Part shown: in pieces, positions 9,620 through 19,966 of the stretch
Layout: each line of letters starts with the position of its first letter
How positions within the stretch are numbered: position 1 is the first letter of the stretch
Source: Patescibacteria group bacterium
GTDB taxonomy: Bacteria; Patescibacteriota; Patescibacteriia; JAXHNJ01
Length of the DNA stretch: 64,000 nucleotides
Direction of reading: 5' to 3'
Assembly (NCBI GenBank): GCA_041649715.1
Contig: JBAZMP010000002.1
Span: forward strand, 4,964 to 68,963
The notes under the pieces: generated by a model
Told to the model about the DNA's origin: nothing
The model's database searches: none
The model's input: only the letters and a program-made list of their open reading frames with translations
Translations under genes and position numbers: made by a program

Positions 9620-10720
9620 ATGAAACTTTCATTCACTCAAGAAAATTTAAATCGAGGTCTAGAAATAACAAGTCATATTGCCAGCCGAAATCAAACTCTG
9701 CCGATTTTAAACAATGTTTTAATCACCACCGACAACGGCGTGATAAAATTAACCACCACTAATCTGGAAATAGGCATAAATTGTCAGATCCGCGGCAAGG
9801 TTGAAGAAGAGGGAAAAATAACCGTTCAAGCCAAACTTCTAGCGGATTACGTAAATTCCTTATCACATGACCGGGTGGATTTTATTACCGAAAAGGAAAG
9901 TTTAAAGATCACCAGCGGTAAGGCCCAAACAGTGATTAAGGGATCATCGTCTGAAGAGTTCCCCTTGATTCCAAAAGTGGAAAAAAAACGCAGTTACCAG
10001 GTAAATGTGAAGGACTTTAAAAACGCCGTCATGCAGGTTATTTTTGCCTCGGCGGCCGACGAATCCAGGCCTGAGATTAGCGGAATATTTATTAAACCGG
10101 AAAGCAATAGCTTGACCTTGGCGGCGACCGACAGCTACCGCCTAGCGGAAAGAAAGATCAAATTAGAAAAAGCGTCAAAAGAGGGCGAAGGAGTGATTGT
10201 CCCCGCCCGGACGCTGCAGGAGTTGATCAGAATATTAAACGACGAAGTTGAAATATTGAACTTTTATCTGAATGAAAATCAGATTCTTTTTGAGTTCGAA
10301 GGCATTGAAATGGTTTCGCGGCTGATTGAGGGGCAGTACCCGGACTACCAGCAGATCATCCCCAAGGAGCATCGGACGCGCGTGGTTTTAAACACCCGGG
10401 AATTTATTAAAATAATTAAAACTACCAGCCTATTCTGCAAGCCGGGTATCAATGATATTAATCTGGAATTCTTAGCCGAGGGAAAAGCGGTTGTTTCCGC
10501 TTCGAACACGCAAATCGGGGAAAACATTTCCGAAGTGGAAGCCAAGGTGGAGGGGGATAAAAATTCCATCGTTTTTAACTATCGCTACCTTCTAGACGGT
10601 TTATCGAGCTTAAACACCGAGGAATTTATCTTAGAGCTGACTGACGAGGCTAACCCGGGTTTGATCAAGCCGGTCGGTCAAACCGATCATCTTTATATTA
10701 TTATGCCTATTCGGCAATAA
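9620..10720 (+). CDS. dnaN: DNA polymerase III beta clamp
   Basis: ATDSYRLAE, SRLIEGQYPDY, IIMPIR. Confidence 0.98.
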   Translation: MKLSFTQENLNRGLEITSHIASRNQTLPILNNVLITTDNGVIKLTTTNLEIGINCQIRGKVEEEGKITVQAKLLADYVNSLSHDRVDFITEKESLKITSGKAQTVIKGSSSEEFPLIPKVEKKRSYQVNVKDFKNAVMQVIFASAADESRPEISGIFIKPESNSLTLAATDSYRLAERKIKLEKASKEGEGVIVPARTLQELIRILNDEVEILNFYLNENQILFEFEGIEMVSRLIEGQYPDYQQIIPKEHRTRVVLNTREFIKIIKTTSLFCKPGINDINLEFLAEGKAVVSASNTQIGENISEVEAKVEGDKNSIVFNYRYLLDGLSSLNTEEFILELTDEANPGLIKPVGQTDHLYIIMPIRQ

Positions 10721-10722
10721 AT

Positions 10723-11016
10723 ATGTTGCAGCCGATCGGTTCATTGCTTTCCGGGTCGATCAGAAAAAGCGGAATTGAGGCCCAGGTGCAGGCCAGCCAG
10801 GTCATTGAAGATTTTCACCAGGAGTTAATCCGGCTTTTTGGCCAGAAAATATTAAAAAATGTCCAAGCCAAATCATTGGAGCACAAGGTTTTATCCGTCG
10901 CGGTGCTAAGCTCGGTGGTGGTCAATGAAATAAGGCTATATCAGCCGCAAATAATAGAAAATATTAATAACAAATATAAAAAAACCCTAGTTGAGAAACT
11001 AAGATTCTTGATTTAA
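10723..11016 (+). CDS. DciA/DUF721-like protein
   Basis: 97 aa directly after dnaN; L.V...SS....EIRL....I...IN pattern. Confidence 0.7.
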   Translation: MLQPIGSLLSGSIRKSGIEAQVQASQVIEDFHQELIRLFGQKILKNVQAKSLEHKVLSVAVLSSVVVNEIRLYQPQIIENINNKYKKTLVEKLRFLI

Positions 11017-11029
11017 ATGGTTTATAAAT

Positions 11030-13882
11030 TTATTTAACAGTAACCGTAAGGTAATCTGTTTGTGTTTTATCACCTTTTTTATTCTCTAGGATTAGAAAAA
11101 GCCTGTAAACACCGGCCGGCGCTAAAGGCCAGGTCGCGCTGATACTACCGGATGCGGGACTAGAAAGCGAAGAGATATTCGTGGTCAGGCCATTCTTGTC
11201 TTGATAAGCAAAAGTGATTTTTTTTATTCCCTTTGGATCCGAAGCATACCCCTTGATGGTAAAGGGAAAAGAGGAGGCGGCAATTTCCGCGCCCTGACTG
11301 GGGGAGGTAAAATATAAGCTCGTGTCTGAGCTGGTAGGCAGAAAATTAATAGTGATGCTTGTTCGATTTACGTTGCCGACCGCGTCGGTCACCACCGCGT
11401 CCAGGTCATGATAGCCTTTAGCCAGCAAGGAAGCGCTGTAGGAAAAGGAAAATGGGCTGTGCGTGTTTTCGCTGGCCAGAATATCGTCGATATAATAACT
11501 AACCTTAGTGATGTCTTGAGGGCCGGAAACCTGAACGGTGAATTTAAACACGGACTGGCTGATTGTTTCGCTGTCTTTGGGGGCGGTAAAGGAAATTTGA
11601 GGCAGGTTTGCCTCGCTTCTTAGGTCGCAAGACTCTAAGGCAGGCGCCGTTTCAATGTAGCCGTGATCTCGCGCCCATTTTTGAACGGGCGTCTCCCAGT
11701 TGGCGTATTGGGGATCGCTGGCCGGGTTATCCGGCAGGGGGCCGCGCGGGTCATCCCTTTTTACGTAATAAAGTATGTTGTGGACGGCCTTCACGGTTTT
11801 CTCGGTGATAAATTCCGCGGGCCAATCAGCCAGACAGGTGGCCGGTATTTGTTTGCCGGTGATTGAGTCGACTTTGATCGGAAGATCCCCTGTAAGCTGT
11901 CCCTTAAGAATAGGTTTATCGGTTTGAATTTCCCTGAAGTCCTTGAAGTACTCGACCGGTTTTCCTTCTAAAGCTCTTCTCATAAAGCCATTCCAGATCG
12001 GCGCCGCCACGACCGAACCGTCTGCTCCGCGGCTCATTTCCGAGTTGTCATTATTGCCCACCCAGACGCCGGTCGCGATCTGTGGCGTATAACCCAAAGT
12101 CCAGGCGTCGCGGTAATCATCAGTGGTGCCCGTCTTGGCCCCCACCGGCCGGCCGCCTAGAGTAAGATAATTGCTGGCCCCAAAAATATAGGCGCGTGAA
12201 TCATTGTCGGAAAGAACCTTGCTCATTTGTCGGGCGATCTCCACGTCTAGGACACGGTTTGCTTTTCCTGGCTCATGCTTTTCCAGTATTTTGCCGTTAG
12301 CATCCTCAATCCTTAAAATTGAAGTATAACTCATTTTTTCCCCTTCACGGGCGAAAACGGCAAAAGCATTGGTGTGTTCCAAGAGGGTTACCTCCCCACC
12401 GCCTAAAACCAAAGAAAGGCCAAAGCGGCTGCGGTCGGCAAAAGTCGTATAGCCGAAGCTTTCGGCCAGATTTAAAACATTATCAAGACCGGCGAGATAC
12501 AGGGTTTTAACCGCCGGTATGTTAAGCGATCCTTGAAGAGCTTTGCGCATTGTGACCGGCCCATGTTCGGTCTGGTCATAATTTTTTGGGATATAATCCC
12601 TGGAGTCGGTTTTAAAAACAGTGGTCAGGTCAAAGAGGATCGTCTCGGGGGTGTAGCCGATTTTAAAGGCCGTGGCATAGACGACAGGCTTAAAGGAGGA
12701 GCCGGGCTGACGGGGTCTTAAGGTGACGTTTACATTGCCGTCGATATCTTTATTGAAATAATCTCGCGAGCCGACCATCGCCAAAATCTCACCGGTTTTA
12801 ACGTCGAGGGAGACCAGGGCGGCGTTAGAGGCGCCATATTTTTCAAATTTCGCCGTTCCTTTTTCAATTTCTTCCTCGGCGATTTTTTGAAGATCGTAAT
12901 CCAGAGTGGTGATCACTTTGTAGCCGCCCTGCTCTATTTCTTTGTCTCCGTATTTTTCCGCCAGCAGATCTTTGATGTACATGACGAAATGCGGGGCCAA
13001 AATATTTTCTCGCCTAGGCTTAATATCTTTCAGGATATCGATGTTTTTCGCTTCGTCTGCCTGGGTCTGGGTGATATAGTTCTGTTGGACCATCAAGTCG
13101 ATGATCATTTTTTGCCGCGCCACTAAAGCATCCGTGTGGGTGCCATAAGGCGAATAATAGGTCGGAGCCTGAGGGATGGCGGCCAGGAGAGTGCTTTCGG
13201 CCAAGCTTAAATCTTTCGCATTTTTGCCGAAAAAACTCATTGAGGTGGCTTCAATGCCATAGAGAGTGGAACCGTAGGGAATTTCATTGAAATACATTTT
13301 CAATATTTCGTCCTTGGAAAATTTCCTTTCGATCTGGTAGGCCAGGACGATTTCCTTGAATTTTCTGGTCCAGCTTTTCTCGGTGGTCAAGATGGCGTTT
13401 TTGACGAACTGCTGGGTGATCGTGGAGGCGCCCTGCGCTTTTTTGCGCTGGAGGACGTCGATGACCAGAGCTTTAAAAATGCGCGGCAGGGAAAAACCTT
13501 TGTGTTGGTAGAAATTTTTATCCTCGACCGCAATGGTGGCGTTAATGGCCGTCGTAGCGATATCGGTTAAATTCACGGCCGTCCGGTTCTGCTCGCCGTG
13601 AATCTCATAAAGCAGAGTTTTTTCATCACGGGCAAAAATTTTCGTGCTTTGGGCGATCGAGCGCTCGATCAGCTTATTGGGGTCAGGCAGGTCGCGGGAG
13701 AACCAGGCGAAAGCGCCCAGCCCCACAATACCGCCGCCTAAAATTAAAATAGCCAGGATCGGCAGCCAGCGGCTGGTCAAGTGTTCCCACCATTCTTTCC
13801 TCTTTTTTACTTTTTTTAAATGCCAATTCTCCCGCCAGGAGCGGTCAAAACGAAAGCTGGGTTTTAACTGGGGGATCGGCAT
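11030..13882 (-). CDS. class A penicillin-binding protein (PBP1A family) with C-terminal Ig-like domains
   Basis: EDKNFYQH, GASTITQQ, GSSFKP, SLN, KTGTT; C-terminal beta-rich Big-like repeats. Confidence 0.93.
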   Translation of the reverse strand: MPIPQLKPSFRFDRSWRENWHLKKVKKRKEWWEHLTSRWLPILAILILGGGIVGLGAFAWFSRDLPDPNKLIERSIAQSTKIFARDEKTLLYEIHGEQNRTAVNLTDIATTAINATIAVEDKNFYQHKGFSLPRIFKALVIDVLQRKKAQGASTITQQFVKNAILTTEKSWTRKFKEIVLAYQIERKFSKDEILKMYFNEIPYGSTLYGIEATSMSFFGKNAKDLSLAESTLLAAIPQAPTYYSPYGTHTDALVARQKMIIDLMVQQNYITQTQADEAKNIDILKDIKPRRENILAPHFVMYIKDLLAEKYGDKEIEQGGYKVITTLDYDLQKIAEEEIEKGTAKFEKYGASNAALVSLDVKTGEILAMVGSRDYFNKDIDGNVNVTLRPRQPGSSFKPVVYATAFKIGYTPETILFDLTTVFKTDSRDYIPKNYDQTEHGPVTMRKALQGSLNIPAVKTLYLAGLDNVLNLAESFGYTTFADRSRFGLSLVLGGGEVTLLEHTNAFAVFAREGEKMSYTSILRIEDANGKILEKHEPGKANRVLDVEIARQMSKVLSDNDSRAYIFGASNYLTLGGRPVGAKTGTTDDYRDAWTLGYTPQIATGVWVGNNDNSEMSRGADGSVVAAPIWNGFMRRALEGKPVEYFKDFREIQTDKPILKGQLTGDLPIKVDSITGKQIPATCLADWPAEFITEKTVKAVHNILYYVKRDDPRGPLPDNPASDPQYANWETPVQKWARDHGYIETAPALESCDLRSEANLPQISFTAPKDSETISQSVFKFTVQVSGPQDITKVSYYIDDILASENTHSPFSFSYSASLLAKGYHDLDAVVTDAVGNVNRTSITINFLPTSSDTSLYFTSPSQGAEIAASSFPFTIKGYASDPKGIKKITFAYQDKNGLTTNISSLSSPASGSISATWPLAPAGVYRLFLILENKKGDKTQTDYLTVTVK

Positions 13883-13891
13883 ATTTATCGG

Positions 13892-14776
13892 TTAGTAGAT
13901 ATTATTGGTCAGCAAGTCGGCGCCAAGCAAAAGGGCGTTGTCTTCAAGGTCTGATTTTACAATTTTTATGGTTTTATGTCGAGCGTATATCACTTCCTGG
14001 CCGAAGTCCTTTTTGGCGAGCGCAATAATTTTTTCAAAACGTGAAACGCCGCCGCCCAAGATGAATATATCCGGGCTTAGAGTATTGGCCAAGCTGGCCA
14101 GGGCTTGGGCTAAATAGCGGGCCATAACTTCGGCGGCCGCCAAAGCATTTTTATCACCTCTTAAGGCGAGATGGTTGATTTCTTCGCCTTTGAGGGTCTG
14201 ACCGGTTATTCTCCGGTAGTACTTAGATAAGGCCGGGCCGCAGACCTGTGATTCAAAGTGCCCGTAGTGTCCGCAGCTGCACCGAAAGCCTCCCTCTCTG
14301 ATTTGAAAATGGCCCATCTCCATCAGATTTTGCCGGCCGCGGTACAGCTTTTTATCAACGACAAAGCCGCCGCCGATGCCGGTGCCGATAGTAACGCCAA
14401 TGATGTATTGATATTTTTTACCCGCCCCCAGGATGCTTTCTGAAAGAGTGAAACACAAGCCGTCGTGTTCTACGAAGACCGGTTTTTTATACCAGCTTTC
14501 CAAGATTTTTTTCAAATTCACGCCCCGGATATAAGCAGGAAAATTAGTCGCTTCCAAGACCACCCCGTTATTGACCGGACCGGCAAAAGAAAGACCGATC
14601 GCCCTGGCCTTTTGCGGCTGATAATTCGTGATAGATTTTTTGATATTGGCCAGAAGGCGTTTTAAGCCCTTCTTTTTCTCGGTGAGAATTTTATGATGGG
14701 AAATGACGCGGTTGTTTTTCACTAACCCCGTGTTTATTTTTGTCCCGCCAATGTCACAACAAATGGTATAGGCCAT
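13892..14776 (-). CDS. ROK-family sugar kinase (glucokinase-like)
   Basis: DIGGTK, GTGIGGG, EMGH...CSCG..GHFE. Confidence 0.9.
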   Translation of the reverse strand: MAYTICCDIGGTKINTGLVKNNRVISHHKILTEKKKGLKRLLANIKKSITNYQPQKARAIGLSFAGPVNNGVVLEATNFPAYIRGVNLKKILESWYKKPVFVEHDGLCFTLSESILGAGKKYQYIIGVTIGTGIGGGFVVDKKLYRGRQNLMEMGHFQIREGGFRCSCGHYGHFESQVCGPALSKYYRRITGQTLKGEEINHLALRGDKNALAAAEVMARYLAQALASLANTLSPDIFILGGGVSRFEKIIALAKKDFGQEVIYARHKTIKIVKSDLEDNALLLGADLLTNNIY

Positions 14777-14839
14777 ATATTATGTATTTCCTATTATACC
14801 AGAAATATAGTATAATTTCAATTGGTAAGCTTTGAATAT

Positions 14840-16027
14840 ATGACCAAAGATCCCGAAAAAATCAGCGATTTATTGGCTCGCGGCGTTTCTGAGATTATTG
14901 ATAAAAAGAATGTGGAAAAAAAGTTGGCCTCGGGCAAAAAACTGCGGGTGAAACTCGGCATTGACCCGACCGGTTATGATCTGCATATCGGTCATGCCGC
15001 CCCCCTGCTTAAGCTTAAAGCCTTTCAGGGTCTGGGCCACCAGGTCGTTTTGATTATCGGCGATTATACCGCCCGCATCGGCGATCCTTCCGGCCTGGAT
15101 AAAACCCGGCCGCAACTTACGGAAAACGAGACGGAGAAATTCGGCGAAGAATATTTCAAGCAGGCTTGCCTTATTTTGGATAAAAATAAAACCGAAGTCC
15201 GCTGGCAGAGCGAATGGTTTGAGGAATTTGACCTGCAGACAATCATTAATTTAACCAGCAAGGCGACTCTCGCCCAGATTTTGGCGCATGAAACCTTTAG
15301 TAAGCGTTTGAAAAAAGGCCTGCCTTTGTCCACGCATGAAATTCTTTATCCCTTTTTGCAGGGTTATGATTCAGTGGCCGTCAAAGCGGACATTGAGCTG
15401 GGCGCGGTGGAGCAGAAGTTTAATTTACTGATGGGCCGGACCATTCAGGCCGCTTTTAATCAGCCTTCCCAGGATATTATGACTTTAAATTATGTTATGG
15501 GGACGGACGGCCGGAAAATGGGCAAGACCTTTAATAATTACATTGCCATAAAAGACCCGGCCAATGAAATGTTCGGCAAAGTGATGTCCATTCCCGATGA
15601 TTTGATTATACCCTATTTTGAATTGGCGACCGAAGTGCCGTTAACAAAAATCAAGGAAATTAAAATCGCTCTAGCCAAAGGCGATAATCCGCGGGACCAT
15701 AAAGCCCGGTTAGCGCGGGAGATTGTCGCTTTGTATCATGGGATTAAGGGAGCCGATGAGGCGGAAAAAGAATTCAACAAAGTCTTTAAAGACAAGAATT
15801 TGCCGAGCGATATTCTGGCCTTGAAATTGAAAAAGAGCAAGCTAAAGATAGCCGATTTATTAGTAATGGCGAAATTGGTTTCAAGCAAGGCCGAGGCAAG
15901 ACGATTGATTGAACAAGGCGGTTTTTCCTTGAATAACAAAAAAATAACGGAATGGCAGAAGGAAGCCACTTTTAACCCTGGTGACATTATTAGGGCCGGC
16001 AAAAGGAAGTTTTTAAAAATAGAATAA
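14840..16027 (+). CDS. tyrS: tyrosyl-tRNA synthetase
   Basis: GIDPT..DLHIGH, YPFLQGYD, KMGKT (KMSKS variant), C-terminal S4 domain. Confidence 0.97.
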   Translation: MTKDPEKISDLLARGVSEIIDKKNVEKKLASGKKLRVKLGIDPTGYDLHIGHAAPLLKLKAFQGLGHQVVLIIGDYTARIGDPSGLDKTRPQLTENETEKFGEEYFKQACLILDKNKTEVRWQSEWFEEFDLQTIINLTSKATLAQILAHETFSKRLKKGLPLSTHEILYPFLQGYDSVAVKADIELGAVEQKFNLLMGRTIQAAFNQPSQDIMTLNYVMGTDGRKMGKTFNNYIAIKDPANEMFGKVMSIPDDLIIPYFELATEVPLTKIKEIKIALAKGDNPRDHKARLAREIVALYHGIKGADEAEKEFNKVFKDKNLPSDILALKLKKSKLKIADLLVMAKLVSSKAEARRLIEQGGFSLNNKKITEWQKEATFNPGDIIRAGKRKFLKIE

Positions 16028-16034
16028 AAATACC

Positions 16035-16070
16035 AAAAAACGACCTCATTTATAAGAAGTCGTTTTTTTT
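16035..16070. terminator. bidirectional terminator
   Basis: AAAAAACGAC...GTCGTTTTTTTT between convergent genes. Confidence 0.7.
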
Positions 16071-16093
16071 GTATCTATTTAATGTGTCTGAAG

Positions 16094-17053
16094 CTAAAAA
16101 ATTGCGACCTGCAGATAGGAATCGGTGGCGGCGCCGGTATTGGCCACATAACACTTAACCCTTAGAGTTTTGCCTGAAATATCGCTTGCGACATCGGCGT
16201 AGCCCACGCAGTTAGTGTTGCTGGCGGAGGCAACCGGCGTGATTTGGAAGAACCTTTCGTCGTAGACATCCAGATTGCTGAAAGTAAAGCTGTAATCGCC
16301 CACTCCATTTTTTACGGACACTGCCGGATCGCCAAAACTAGACATATAGATGTTCGCCGGATCATACCAAAAAGCGGCATGGACCGTGCCGTCACCCGTA
16401 TAATCCCACTGGACAACATCGCCTGAAAAATATGCGCCATCAGCGTAGATAAAATTCGTATAGATACTGTCGTTGGCCGATAAGCCGTCGACGGTAAGGT
16501 TGGTGTCAGTGTCAAAATCATCGCCGGTTATTGAACCATTCTTGATATCCGAGGAAGTAATCGTTTCGCTGGCGATCTTGGCGCTAGTCACCGCATTGTT
16601 TGCCAGGTCAGTAGTCGCCACCGCTCCAGCGCTTATCTTTGCGCTGGTGATGGCGTTATCGGCCATATCATCCGCAGTGATGGTTTCATCCTTGATATTG
16701 GCCGAAGTGACCACGTCGCGGCTGTCAATCGAAGCAACGGTCAGGGAGCCGGCTACTTCCAGATTGTCGTTGATAATGAAAGGCATCGTGTCGCTTGTCC
16801 CTGGGGTGGCGCCCCGGTAAATCCGCCCGTCGATCCTCACGTTGTCGCCGAAGGCGACGGGATTATCAGCGCCGGAAGTGGTGGTGCTGTTGACAATCGT
16901 GCCGTTGAAAAAAGTGACGCCGCCCACCCCCTGCAATCCGACCTCGAGTGAATTAACTTGGAGCGAGTCGTTTATAACCTGGGTCGCCTGGGCTATCTGC
17001 GCCGAAACAAAAACAACCAGGGCTAAGCCCAGGAAGATCGCGAGACTTCTCAT
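16094..17053 (-). CDS. secreted protein with 10-aa fibre-like repeats
   Basis: Signal peptide; repeats such as ITSAKISAGA, VTSAKIASET, ITSSDIKNGS. Confidence 0.75.
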   Translation of the reverse strand: MRSLAIFLGLALVVFVSAQIAQATQVINDSLQVNSLEVGLQGVGGVTFFNGTIVNSTTTSGADNPVAFGDNVRIDGRIYRGATPGTSDTMPFIINDNLEVAGSLTVASIDSRDVVTSANIKDETITADDMADNAITSAKISAGAVATTDLANNAVTSAKIASETITSSDIKNGSITGDDFDTDTNLTVDGLSANDSIYTNFIYADGAYFSGDVVQWDYTGDGTVHAAFWYDPANIYMSSFGDPAVSVKNGVGDYSFTFSNLDVYDERFFQITPVASASNTNCVGYADVASDISGKTLRVKCYVANTGAATDSYLQVAIF

Positions 17054-17104
17054 ATTGTTTCCTTTCGATTAATTAATAATATAACCAATATAATAAATCT
17101 TTCA

Positions 17105-17428
17105 TTATAAAAATCGCCAGATTAAATGGCCGAATTCATAATATAAATATAATAGAGTTGTTATAACATAAATAATAATTGTACAAATTTTAATAGCTCT
17201 TGAATTATTGCGATTATGGAAAAACTTAAAGAGAAATAATATAGTAGTTAGCACTATTAAGGAAGGAATAAATAAAATTACACAGAGTAAAAAGGCGTAT
17301 GCATTACCCTCACTTGGTTCTTTATCAAAAAACATAGCAAATAAAGCCATTGAGGCGGTTCCTACGACCATAATAATGCTTGGTAGGCAGGCAACAGCTA
17401 GCAGGGCATAATATGTTTTTTTGCTCAT
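17105..17428 (-). CDS. hypothetical membrane protein (AT-rich)
   Basis: 3 hydrophobic segments; starts 6 nt after the GalT-like stop. Confidence 0.6.
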   Translation of the reverse strand: MSKKTYYALLAVACLPSIIMVVGTASMALFAMFFDKEPSEGNAYAFLLCVILFIPSLIVLTTILFLFKFFHNRNNSRAIKICTIIIYVITTLLYLYYEFGHLIWRFL

Positions 17429-17434
17429 ATGTTT

Positions 17435-18370
17435 TTATTTTTCCCGGTAAAACTTGGCGGCGATTTCCGGGGAAACGGAATTAACGATCAGGCGTGAGCC
17501 AAGCTCTATGCCGGCCCAGACATTGCGGCGGGGCGAGATCCGCAGATAAAAATGCTCGTGCGGGTAGCGGATAGCCTGATGCAGGTAGTAATTATAGGGC
17601 AGATTGAACCGGCGGAGCTTTTCCAAGATGTTTTTCAAAATTTTGGCCAGGGATTTTAATTCATTTTTGTTGAGCAGGGAAATATTGTCAATATGCCTTT
17701 TGGGGAAAATCCAGGCCTCATAATTGTAGTTGGAGGCCCAGGGCGTAAAACAGGAGATATATTCGTCTTCCCAGACAAAGCGGGGCGATTTCTTCTCTTG
17801 TTTAATCAAGTCGCAGTAATAGCAGGAGCCCATCTGGATCTTGTATTCTTCTGCCCGGGTCAGGCGGTGCAAGATATGGGGCGGCAGAAAGGAGGTGGCC
17901 AGGATCTGGGAGTGGGCGTGGGTCAGGGAGGCGCCGGCCCGGCCGCCGTTGTTTTTAAAAATCAGCAAATACTGGAACCTTTTATTTTTACTGATGGAGG
18001 CTGTCCTTTTTTGGTAGGTCTCCAAAATCTTCTCAAAATGGTTTAGGGGCAGTTCGGACATCTCAAGTTTATGTTCCGGTGTCTCAACGATTACTTCTTG
18101 CACGCCGTAGGCCTTGGGATTATCCTCGGTGAAGACGGGAAAAACGTTTTTTATGACCTTGATCAGCCATTTTTTTTCCGGGCCGACGGTCAAGATGGTC
18201 TTGACGTTTCGCAGTTTTTCCGGACAAAACGGGCAGGCGCTTTGAGGGATGGATTTTCCTTCGCCCTCCTGTTCAAAATGATGAGGTCTTTTTTCCCGGC
18301 CGGGGGCGATGATCACCGCCCGGTCATTGATGTAGTCTTGCCTGATCTCTGACTGTGTTTTTTTGTCCAT
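17435..18370 (-). CDS. GalT-like nucleotidyltransferase (HIT superfamily)
   Basis: REKRPH, CPFCP, NVFP, EVIVETPEH, FKNNG..AGASLTHAHSQ, CYYC. Confidence 0.88.
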   Translation of the reverse strand: MDKKTQSEIRQDYINDRAVIIAPGREKRPHHFEQEGEGKSIPQSACPFCPEKLRNVKTILTVGPEKKWLIKVIKNVFPVFTEDNPKAYGVQEVIVETPEHKLEMSELPLNHFEKILETYQKRTASISKNKRFQYLLIFKNNGGRAGASLTHAHSQILATSFLPPHILHRLTRAEEYKIQMGSCYYCDLIKQEKKSPRFVWEDEYISCFTPWASNYNYEAWIFPKRHIDNISLLNKNELKSLAKILKNILEKLRRFNLPYNYYLHQAIRYPHEHFYLRISPRRNVWAGIELGSRLIVNSVSPEIAAKFYREK

Positions 18371-18376
18371 ATTTAT

Positions 18377-19963
18377 TTAGTGATACAGCTTTTTATAAAG
18401 TTTTAGGTATTCCTGGCCGGAGCGGTCCCAGGAAAAATTTTGGTTCATCGCATTTTTTACCAATTTCCGCCAGGCCCTTTTATTTTGATATATTTTCAAG
18501 GATTTTTCAATAGCGGCCAGCAATTCTTTGGCGTCGAAGTTTTTGAAAAGGAAACCGGTGCCCCGGCCAGATTTGGGGTTGAATTCTTCCACAGTGTCTT
18601 TTAGCCCGCCGGTTTTCCGGACGACAGGAATGGTGCCATAGCGCATGGCGATCAGCTGGCCCAGGCCGCAGGGCTCGAAGCGTGAAGGCATTAAAAACAG
18701 GTCCGAACCGGCATAGATCTTTTGGGCCAATGAGGCGTCAAATCCGATCTTGGTAAAAACGTTCTTAGGGAAATCGGCGGCCATTTTCTGGGCGATTTCC
18801 TCGTATTTTGACAAGCCTGACCCCAAAATAACAAGCTGGATGTTTCTTTTCACCAAGTCGGGCAAAACAGGGATTAATAGATCAAGGCCTTTTTGGTCGG
18901 CGAGCCGGCCGACGACGCCGAGAACCGGGATGTTCTCGTCAATGGCCAGTCCGGTAATTTTTTGCAAATCTTTTTTATCTTCTATTTTGCCAGACGGGTT
19001 TACTGCGGAGTAGTTTTTTGCTAAGTTCGGATCGGTCTTCGGGTTGAATATTTCCGTGTCAATGCCGTTGACAATGCCGCTTAAATCGTTTTTTCTGGCC
19101 AGCAGATATTTTTCCAGCCCTTCGCCGTAAGCCGGGGTCAAAATTTCTTTCGCGTAGGTCGGACTGACGGTGTTAAGCAGGTCAGCATAGGCGATCGCTT
19201 GTTGCAGATAGTCGATAGTAACGGAGTCATATTTTTTTAATTTCTCTTCCAGGTTTTTGTCGCCTTTCAGATTCAGATATTTTGTCGCCTCGTCATAGCT
19301 ATATTTGCCTAAAAAGGAATAATCAATCGTGACGGGATTATTCTTATCGTGTTTCATTACCGGACCTTCCGCTTTTTTCAGGTTCAAATAGGCGGTCGCT
19401 TCGTCATAGTTATATTTGCCCTGATAAGCGATATTGTGGATGGTCAGAAGAATCTTCATTTTCGGAAACAGTTTGTCTTTTTTTGCCCTTTCTTTCAGTA
19501 AAAACGGCACGATACCGACGTGCCAGTCGTGACAATGGATAATATCCGGCCAAAAATTCAACGGAGAAAAAATCTCCTGGATGCAGCGGGCAAAAAAAGT
19601 GAATCTTTGGCATTCTCGGGAGGCGCCACCCGAAGAAGCGTCTTTTTCAAAATAGACGCCGCCTGCCCCCAGATATTTCAGGTGATCAATGAGATAGACG
19701 ATTACATCGGAGCCAGGCAGGAGGCTGGCGAAAATCCTGATTTTTTCTTTCTGGCCGTTAAAAGGCACTTCGATGTTGTCCGCCACCAGTTTAAGGGGGT
19801 ATTTTTTTTCGTCGATAATGCCGTATTTAGGGATTACGATTCTTGAATCCGCCCCCTTTTTCCGCAGGCTTTTCGGCAAGGCGCCGATAACATCGGCCAG
19901 TCCGCCCACTTTAGCCAGGGGGGTTAGCTCAGCGGCGACAAATAAAACCTTTGTTTTGGCCAT
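18377..19963 (-). CDS. glgA: glycogen synthase (GT5)
   Basis: KVGGLADV, HCHDWH, TIHNIAYQG, MPSRFEPCGL, TGGL. Confidence 0.93.
   Translation of the reverse strand: MAKTKVLFVAAELTPLAKVGGLADVIGALPKSLRKKGADSRIVIPKYGIIDEKKYPLKLVADNIEVPFNGQKEKIRIFASLLPGSDVIVYLIDHLKYLGAGGVYFEKDASSGGASRECQRFTFFARCIQEIFSPLNFWPDIIHCHDWHVGIVPFLLKERAKKDKLFPKMKILLTIHNIAYQGKYNYDEATAYLNLKKAEGPVMKHDKNNPVTIDYSFLGKYSYDEATKYLNLKGDKNLEEKLKKYDSVTIDYLQQAIAYADLLNTVSPTYAKEILTPAYGEGLEKYLLARKNDLSGIVNGIDTEIFNPKTDPNLAKNYSAVNPSGKIEDKKDLQKITGLAIDENIPVLGVVGRLADQKGLDLLIPVLPDLVKRNIQLVILGSGLSKYEEIAQKMAADFPKNVFTKIGFDASLAQKIYAGSDLFLMPSRFEPCGLGQLIAMRYGTIPVVRKTGGLKDTVEEFNPKSGRGTGFLFKNFDAKELLAAIEKSLKIYQNKRAWRKLVKNAMNQNFSWDRSGQEYLKLYKKLYH
19208..19420 (-). 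repeat. in-frame 111-nt (37-aa) tandem duplication inside glgA
   Basis: GKYNYDEATAYLNLK...VTIDY and GKYSYDEATKYLNLK...VTIDY. Confidence 0.85.
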
Positions 19964-19966
19964 ATA

